A stretch of DNA of 64,000 nucleotides from Octopus vulgaris (lineage: Eukaryota): the NCBI GenBank assembly GCA_951406725.2, contig OX597816.1, positions 54,312,001-54,376,000 of the forward strand. Direction: 5' to 3'. This document shows positions 55,150 to 64,000 of the stretch, piece by piece. The first letter of the stretch is position 1. Each line of letters opens with the position of its first letter. A program made the position numbers and the translations under genes. Under the pieces are notes generated by a model, which was not told the DNA's origin, did no database searches, and saw only the letters and a program-made list of their open reading frames with translations.

Positions 55150-55562
55150 TATTTCTTTACTACCCACAAGGGGCTAAACATAGAGGGGACAAACAAGGAC
55201 AAACAAGGGGATTAAGTCGAATACATCGACCCAGTGCGAAACTGGTACTTTATTTATCGACCCCGTGAGGATGAAAGGCAAAGTCGACCTCGGCGGAATT
55301 TGAACTCAGAACGTAAGGACAGACGAAATACCTATTTCTTTACTACCCACAAGGGGCTAAACACATAGAGGACAAACAAGGACAGACAAACGGATTAAGT
55401 CGATTATATTGACCCCAGTGCGTAACAGGTACTTACTTAATCGACCCCGAAAGGATGAAAGGCAAAGTCGACCTCGGCGGAATTTGAACTCAGAACGTAT
55501 CTCAGACGAAATACGGCTACGCATTTCGCCCGGCGTGCTAACGTTTCTGCCAGCTCGCCGCC
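55150..55562 (-). mobile_element. Family C SINE with tandemly duplicated 3' part
   Basis: TATTTCTTTACTACCCACAAGGGGCTAAACA at ~55150 and ~55333. Head at ~55520-55562. Confidence 0.85.
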
Positions 55563-56824
55563 TGCAAATACACATAGATATAAGCAAGCACACACGCTCA
55601 CACATACACCTGGTCACACAGGAAGGCTGCAATGAATTCTCTTTATTATCTTTGTCCTGGTCAGAAGCGGTGCATTAAACCACAATAAATGTTTAGACAG
55701 GGTTTAATGATCTTTATAAATTGAGATCACTTCAAAAAAGAAGGGCTCATAGCGTGTTCCTGTTTCCAACAATACTAACTTAAAAGTACCATCCCATTAT
55801 TAACCCCTGGCAAGTGAGTCTCCCGCCAACCCCTGTCGGTCTGATGAGGAGATCCACATCAAGAGGTTTCATCCGTATCAATTTGTTTAACCTAGGTAAG
55901 ATCTTAATGGCATCTTTCATTCCTAATTTCATAATGACCAGGGAATAATTCTTTAGTAAGAAGATGAGAGTTAAACTATCTCCTGGATAGGTGACTAAAC
56001 TCTTACAGTCACCATTTCCAATTGTTGTATTGTCGACGGATTCCTGGCAGATGCCCTGTGAGATCGAAGGGCTATGTTCAAGATAGATCGGCTGTAAAAG
56101 CTACGGAGAGTAGGGATGGTCTGTTGTGGGTAGGCAGTTTATAGGAATAGGTGAAACAATAGAATATATGTTTATGACGTGAAAAAGAAAAGATTAAATG
56201 AACAGGAGTGAGAGAGAGAGAGGGGGGAAAGAGAGAGAGGGGGAAGAGAGAGAGGGGGAAAGAGAGAGAGGGGGAAGAGACACGGTGAGAGAGAGGAGTG
56301 AGTTGTTTACAAGTATTGCTAGATAAAAGCCTTCTCTTATGTTCACCACTGTTCAAGCTGGCCAATTAACTCCATAAAATATTAATAAAGCCAGAGACGT
56401 GACATAAAACATTGGAGTAAACAAGCGCTGATTAGTGAGACACGATTTGAACAGCTGATAAGGGGGAGATAATTGAACAGAAAGGCGTCATGTTATCACA
56501 CAGGATGTTAGGGATGATGCCGATGGTGGAGACGGTGGTGACGAAGATGATGGTGCCGGCGGTGGTGGTGGTGAGGATGCTGGTGATAATGGTGTTGGCG
56601 TGGGTGGTGCTGATAATGATGGTGATGATGATGGAGGTGATCGTAGTGGTAGTGGTAGTGGTGGTGGCATAGTCATTGTAGTAGTTACGTTGATGGTCTA
56701 AAGTGAAGAGCTAGTGTTGATTTCAAGAAGTACATTCTTCATCTCGTATCTCTCTCTCTCTCCCTCTCTCACAGACACAAATGCGTGCGCACACACAGAC
56801 ACATATGAACACACATGAATATGA

Positions 56825-56898
<74 letters not shown>

Positions 56899-57001
56899 GC
56901 CTGCCTGTCTGTCTGTCTGTCTATCTGTGTATGTATGTATGTAGGTATGAATCTACCTACCTACCTACCTACCTACCTACCTACCTACCTACCTACCTAC
57001 C

Positions 57002-57044
<43 letters not shown>

Positions 57045-57226
57045 TTATCTATCCGAGTGTCTACATGTCTGTCGTAATATCTTTCCATTTGTAAATATAT
57101 CTGTGCGTGTGTCAGTGTGTGTATAAATATGTATATATAAAGTCATACGTACATACATACATTCATGTATGTATATATGTATGTAAGCATGTATATATAT
57201 ATATATGTGTGTGTGTGTGTGCATGC

Positions 57227-57259
<33 letters not shown>

Positions 57260-57273
57260 TGTATGTATGTATG

Positions 57274-57304
<31 letters not shown>

Positions 57305-57679
57305 GTATGTACATCAACGGTTTGTTCTATATCATTGGTTCTCAGCCCTTTTTATGTCCCTCACCCGTAAAAGCTTTTCATGTTCTCGCACCCCTTAAAA
57401 TAATAATTTATATAAGAAGAAAGGTACTCGGGTCGATTGTCTTCTTTGACCCCCTATAAATCCGGCCCTGGCCGCACCCCCTGGGATGCTATCTCGCACC
57501 CATGTTTGCGAAACCCTGTTCTATATCAACGGCTTGTCTCTAATGATGAAAGCTACAAATACCTGGGAGTCGATGAGGATGTTGCATACACACGCACGCA
57601 CACACACACAGACACAGACACACACACACAGAGGTACATACACACACAGGTACACACACACACATCTTGCACTCCGTTG

Positions 57680-57960
57680 TTTACGACGATGAGGATTTTA
57701 GTTAATCAGATCAACGGAACAATTCGCTCGGGAAATTTATGTGCAAGTGGTTGAGCATCCTAGAGACACGTGAGCCCTTAACGTAGCTCTCAGGGAGATT
57801 CAGCATGACATAGAATGGGACAAGGCTGGCCCTTTGAAATTCAGGCACTACTCAATTTTGCCAGCTGAGTGGACTGGAGCAACGTGAAGTAAAATGTCTT
57901 GCTCAAGGACAGAACGTGCTGACAGCAATCGACCTCTCAACCCTACGATCGTCAGCCGAA
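57680..57960 (-). mobile_element. Family B SINE
   Basis: CAGCTGAGTGGACTGGAGCAACGTGAA..TGTCTTGCTCAAGGAC core. Confidence 0.75.
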
Positions 57961-57964
57961 TACT

Positions 57965-58480
57965 TTTGTAGGGTTTTCCCTGTTGCTGTCTCATATTGTG
58001 AAGTTTTAAGATCACATCAAAATTTTCAAATTTGGTAAATTGAAAGAATTTTCCATGTTAAATATGATTTTATTATTTATTTATTCCAGAAAAAATGCAG
58101 AACAATGTTACTGAGGTTTAAAGTTTAATCAATTTTACCTAATCAGAAAACAGGATTTGGAAGCTGGTAATTTTCTCCATGATAGCTGTCTAAATGAAAG
58201 CAAAATCACTACGAGGAGGAATTTCCATTAAACAAAGGAAAGCAAAGCATTACAACGACCAAATTTGTAAGAACTTCTGAAAGTCATAGGAAACGGTCGA
58301 ACAGGCATGTAAATAATTTGAAAAAGAAAAAGAAATTCTCAACGATGATTTTTTGGGCGAAAAATCTGACAAATCTGTACTGATTTGTCGGGGAAGGTAT
58401 GGTCTGACATGGAATAAACAAAAATTTATAGAAATCATTCTATTGTGAAAATTGCCCGGCAACGACGGGCTATTCAGCTA

Positions 58481-58481
<1 letters not shown>
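57965..58481 (+). mobile_element. Helitron-like 3' end (5' limit approximate)
   Basis: GCCCG-GCAACGA-CGGGC hairpin (58454-58470), then TATTCAG-CTAG|T. Confidence 0.65.
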
Positions 58482-58524
<43 letters not shown>

Positions 58525-59019
58525 GTGTGTGTGTTTATATATATATATATATATGAAAATATATATGTTGCATATATATATGCATATATACATACACACA
58601 CACACATATATATGTATGAATATATATATATATATATACGTGCAAATATATATATATATGTGCAAAATGACACACACACCGACGCACACGCATACACACA
58701 CACACACACACACACACATAGAGTCGTATATAATTTTAATTGTCCAATTCAGAATTAATTAATATGTTAATTCAATATCTACATTTTTCCTTCTTTGATT
58801 TCGGTTGGTGACAAACGAAATCACATTTACAATATCATAATGGAAAGAAATCAATATGGAAATAGTTTTACTTCAAGTTTAAATGAAATTATTTCATAAG
58901 CTTTAAGTGAATAAATATTTTAAGCGTTTGTGTTTCTCGAAACAATAACTGATGGATATTAAATTATATGACGAAGGAGAATTTACGCAAACACACACAC
59001 ACACACGCCTCTCTGAGTG

Positions 59020-59053
<34 letters not shown>

Positions 59054-59364
59054 CATATATAAACAGGTAAATGCTGCCAGTAAAAGAATTGTATCTATGG
59101 AGAAATTAATGACAATTTCTCAATGAGTGATCGAATATGATTTCTTCTTGTTTTTGCTTTCGCAGCCTAGACCACGCTGGAGCAACGTATCTTATGAAAG
59201 ATATATAAAAAAAACCATTAACCGATGAGATGAATTTAAAAGAGAAATTCAACTTGATTATAGTTTGCTAATTGAGACCATAGAAAGAATCTGTAATTGA
59301 TGAAAACATTACGAATAACATTGTTTAAAAGGGAAATGACAATTGCTCTACGCTTAAATGCATA

Positions 59365-59483
<119 letters not shown>

Positions 59484-59493
59484 TAATAATAAT

Positions 59494-61756
59494 GAAAGAA
59501 GAAACATGGCAAAATATTTAGTAAACGAAGAAGACTTCCTATAGTATGCTGCTAGAGCAGAAGGGGTTAGCGAAAATGGACTTGAGAGTGCTCATTAATT
59601 CCGAATAAGAACAGCCAACAAGAGAGAAGAAACCCTCTTCCGTATGGAATTACATGGCCAATTTACACCGCGAAACCAAGTTAAAAGACCAGGGTGCATC
59701 ATGGAGGTTGCTCTAGAAGGGTGACCTTAAAAAAGAATACAGAAAGCCTAATACGCGCAGCCCAGGCCCAGGTATTGAATACCAACTCAGTGAAAAAGAA
59801 TATATCCCACACAAGTGCATCTCTGCAGAATGTGTGGGAAGAGGGTCGAATGTGTGACTCACATTGTTAGTGCTTGTGAAAGTCGTGATCAGAATGAGTA
59901 CAAGCGTAGACACGACAAGGTAGCCCAACACCTCCACTGGCTACTTTGCCGTAAGTATGGATATCAGGTTACGGATGTTTGGTACCAACTTACACCGGAG
60001 AAGGCAATGGACGAAAAGGGAAAGCAAAAATCCTCTGGGACTTTGAATTCCAGACAGTTAAGGAGTTAGAGAACCGAAGGCCGGTTATATCAGGTCATCC
60101 CATAAGTTCTGTCTGAATTTTGAATAAAGAAAACAAGTGATCAAATGTTATATTTAATTGAGATTTAATCATCAATGTACTTTCCCTGATTATCTATGAC
60201 TTCCTTCCATCTATTTACAAGTTTTTTAATCCCATCAATGTAAAACTCTTTTGGTTTAAAAACTCTGAAATGTTAGTTTCGACCTCCTCCTGGCTTGCGG
60301 AAGTTATGTTCCCCCAATGATTCTGTAAACTACGAAACAAATGATAGTCTGAAAGAGCAAGGTCGAGAGAATAAGGTGGATGAAGAATTTTTTCCCAACC
60401 AAGCTCTTCGATCTTCTGTGATGTGATATTTGCAGTGTGGGGTCGCGCATTGTCCTGATGAAACATCACTCCTTTTCGACTCACTAATCTTTTTTCTTCA
60501 AAGCTTGGTTCAAACGCTCTAATTGCTGATAATTGACTTGAGCATTGATTGTTGCATTAGGTGGTAACAATTCAAAGTGAATTACAGATAGAGAGAAGAA
60601 CCTTTTCCCCATGAAGTTCCCTTCTCGTTTGTGGTTGAGCTTTTCCCCTTCTATGAAGCCACTGTTTACGACGTTTAACATTTCGATAGACGATCCATTT
60701 TTCGTCACCAGTCCCAATTCTATCCACAAAGGGTGAAATTAGTTCGCGAGAATGGAGAGAAGAGCAAATGTCAACTTGGGATTTGCGGTTGCTTTCGGAC
60801 AATTCCCGAGGCACCCATTTTCCAAGTTTAGGAACCTTTCCAAGTTGTTGAAGATGACGATGAACAGTTGAACTGAGCTTTATTGCCAATTCTTCAATTG
60901 ATAATGCAGGATTTTCTTCAAGTAATGCCTCAAGGAGCTTATCATCAAACTCAACTGGACGTCCAGTTCAATCTTCGTCTTCAAGGCTGAAATCTTCATT
61001 TCTGAGTTTTGCAAACCATCTTCTGCAATTATTTCGTTCAAGCATTCTTTCCCATAAACTGAGTGTATGTTTCGTTTCGCTTCGGCAGCAGAGTTTCCTT
61101 TTTTGTACTCATAAAGCATTATGTGCCTTAAATGCTCTTTGGATACTTCCATGTTACAAAAGGTTTTAATCAAAAAAATTTTAATTCTATTATTCTGTAA
61201 AATAATATTTAATTAGCTTAAATGTACACAAATGCATAAAAATAATTTTAAATACCATTAGACATTCTAAAATACTATTAAATTTCATTTAATTTTAAAA
61301 ATGTTAAAATCGGACAGAACTCATGGGATGACCTGATAGTAACCTCTAGGAGGGACAAACAAGAGTGCCTAATAATTGATGTGGCAGAGCCAGGAGATCA
61401 ACATATTATCATGAAAGAAAGAGAAAAGTTTGATAAATATGGAGATCTGAGAATTGAGATCGCTAAGATGTGGCAGCTACGAGAGTCAAACATAAAGATT
61501 ATCCTTATTGTCATCGGAGCATTGGGTTCAATACCACCCAATCTGAAAGAAAACTGAAACATCTGAAAACCTTAGAAATACCCTACAATCTAGGTATATT
61601 GCAAAGGCCGTCATTAGTTGCGACTGCACGCATATTGTGTAAAGTACTGTCTGTCTGAGGTCCTTGTTGCGCCTTGACAATCAGTATAAAAACCCCCGGT
61701 TGACACAATATCTTCAATCAACAACCGCACGACATTGTATATTGTGCGACGTCTAT
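59494..61756 (+). mobile_element. 5'-truncated R4/Dong-type LINE inside an (AAT)n tract, split by a mariner
   Basis: LCRMCGKRVECVTHIVSAC..EYKRRHDKVAQHLHWLLC, ILWDFEFQT..RRPVI|V..CLIIDVAEPGD..KEREKFDKYGDL and IPIVIGALG. (AAT)n at 59366-59493 and from ~61757. Confidence 0.9.
60090..61336 (-). mobile_element. Full-length mariner (DD34D) transposon with frameshifted transposase
   Basis: TIRs TCAGGTCATCCCATAAGTTCTGTC and GACAGAACTCATGGGATGACCTGA, with TA TSD at 60088-89 and 61337-38. Motifs: HLRHIMLYEY, WVPREL, TGDEKW, HQDNARPH, HPPYSLDLALSDYHLF. Confidence 0.95.
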
Positions 61757-61760
61757 AATG

Positions 61761-61815
<55 letters not shown>

Positions 61816-61821
61816 TGGTGG

Positions 61822-61897
<76 letters not shown>

Positions 61898-63614
61898 AAT
61901 AATAATAACAATAATAATAATAATAATGATAATAATATTAATAAAAGAGGTTTTGGCAGATAGAGAAAAAGAAGTATCGAATGATAAAGAGAGTTATTGG
62001 CAAATAGAGAGAGAGAGAGGAACGCAAACAGTGAAAGCTACATTGCATTTTCGAAACTGCCTGCCCTTCGAGCGTATTTTTAACGGGATGAGAAATGAGG
62101 TCACAACGTTTTCAATAATGAAAGTAATGCCATATCTTTATTGCAACTGCATTTCCCTAAGGTCTTCTCTTAAACAAATTAAACTTGTTACAGTTTTCAA
62201 AGAATCTGACCCCTTTTCAATGTAATGAATAACTGTTTTTAATTGTTTTACGGCATGTAGTACATGTCTTGCATAACTTGACGACTCGTCATTTTTAAAC
62301 ACACACGTTCATACACACACACTCACGCCCACCCACACATACTCACTCCCACACACACACTTACTCACACACACACACACACTCTCTCTCAAACACACAC
62401 ACACTCTCTCTCTCTCAAACACACACACACACACCAAAGACTACTGTCAAAATATGGCTGACAATATTTATCTGCCGTATTATCACAGGTGTTTGTTTAT
62501 GTTGTCCCTATTTGTGTAGCAACATTTTTCTGACCGTATTGCAGTCTGTTCGTCAGAACTGAAGCCCCAAAATCCCTTTATATTTACTTTTTCTTTATGT
62601 TTCTGGAAAATTTATTGCTAAATTAATTAACGCTTCAACTCTTGTGTCGAACGCAAGGGGTGTAATTAGTTACATTTGAATTGAAAGGAGAGAAGGGAAT
62701 CTGAAATTTAATCGAAATCGTTAAAGGAAATATTGAAAGTTACAACAAAAACCTGATAATATAAAATGAACAAATGACTAAATACTTTTGGAAATAAACT
62801 AAATCATCCAATTTCTGGGGTTTTCTGGAGATCTATACTGAGCAGGGCTCTACTATGTGCGATTACCATACTGAGAGTTAAAAATATGTCTTGGTCTGAA
62901 TTTTGATTTCTACGTCCATGATGAATAAACAGTTTGTGTGAAGTCAACAAGAAAAGTAAATACATCATCGTATTACACGATCTCTGATCAAACATCACAC
63001 CTTAACGGTTATTTTAACCACATCTTACATTTTCAATAGTTTGTAGCTTTTACCATGACCAGTTCTTTATTGATGTTTTCTCACGTATATTTGTAAGTGA
63101 ATTGAATTAATGTTCAAGAGCAGTGAGTTTCTCGGTGGATAATGGATGAAAAGAACCATTCCACAAAATACCAGACGAAGTGAACAACTTCACACAATAA
63201 TAGATAGAATTAGTAAATATTCATTTCTGTTTCTTTAATTGAATAGTTTTCTTCAAACGCTTAGACTCTTAGCTGCATAAAAGACAGAAGTTTGAATTTC
63301 TTTAGCGATAGTTTAACTTTTTCACACATACAATTGTTAATCATCGACAATGTTCCTAGCAAGATATAATTAGTAATTCCAAGACTGCTGATTAAAGTCT
63401 CAAGTAAATATAATTTTACTATCGGTCTCCAAACCTAGATTGTTTAAAGTAATATGCAGTCTGTATTTTGATGTTTCTGCCAGAATACTTTATACAACAA
63501 TTTGAACAATGAAACATAAATTAAATACTTAAATGTGCTAAATACTAAAACAAAAAATTGGGAAAAAACTCACCTAGACGCTACAAAAGTCTCTTATAAT
63601 ATATTGTGTATGAC

Positions 63615-63616
<2 letters not shown>

Positions 63617-63677
<61 letters not shown>

Positions 63678-63710
63678 TAACAATAATAATCTCATAAAAT
63701 ATAGTATATG

Positions 63711-63778
<68 letters not shown>

Positions 63779-63947
63779 AACAACAACAACTAAGAAGAAG
63801 AAGAAAAGAAGAAGAAGAAGAAAAAGAAGAAGAAGAAGAAGAAGAAGAAGAAGAAGAAGAAGAAGAAGAAGAAGAAGAAGAAGAAGAAGAAGAAGAAGAA
63901 GAAGAAGAAGAAGAAGAAGAAGAAGAAGAAGAAGAAGAAGAAGAAGA
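63617..63947. repeat. (AAT)n, (CTA)n and (AAG)n microsatellites
   Basis: Seen directly. Confidence 0.95.
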
Positions 63948-64000
63948 ATTACGAATTACGAAAGAATGGACTACACACTCAATTCCATGTAGCCAGAACG

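Overview
AT-rich, microsatellite-dense animal DNA with no recognisable host gene. The SINE types and the (TA)n/(TATC)n/(CATA)n/(AAT)n landscape suggest a coleoid cephalopod such as Octopus, but this is inference only. Most listed ORFs are microsatellite artefacts. The real coding remnants are all transposon-derived: CR1/L2-type LINEs, R4/Dong-type RLE LINEs sitting in (AAT)n, two mariners, and a very young Penelope-like element (PLE) arranged as a 1.86-kb-arm inverted duplication in (TA)n. There are also non-autonomous Helitrons and several tRNA-derived SINE families. The main hidden signal is RNA-structural. Reading both strands by eye gives about 17 type-I hammerhead-ribozyme (HHR) motifs from roughly 11 sequence families. 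Three belong to non-coding, strongly self-complementary retrozyme/viroid-like units: a 361-nt head-to-tail repeat with an inverted copy at 53.25-54.17 kb, a rod at 52.3-52.7 kb, and a relative at 40 kb. The others are PLE-terminus HHRs with core variants (U3-A8, U3-G8, long stem-II inserts) and one tRNA-headed SINE carrying an HHR. All structures were paired by hand; no folding program or database search was run.
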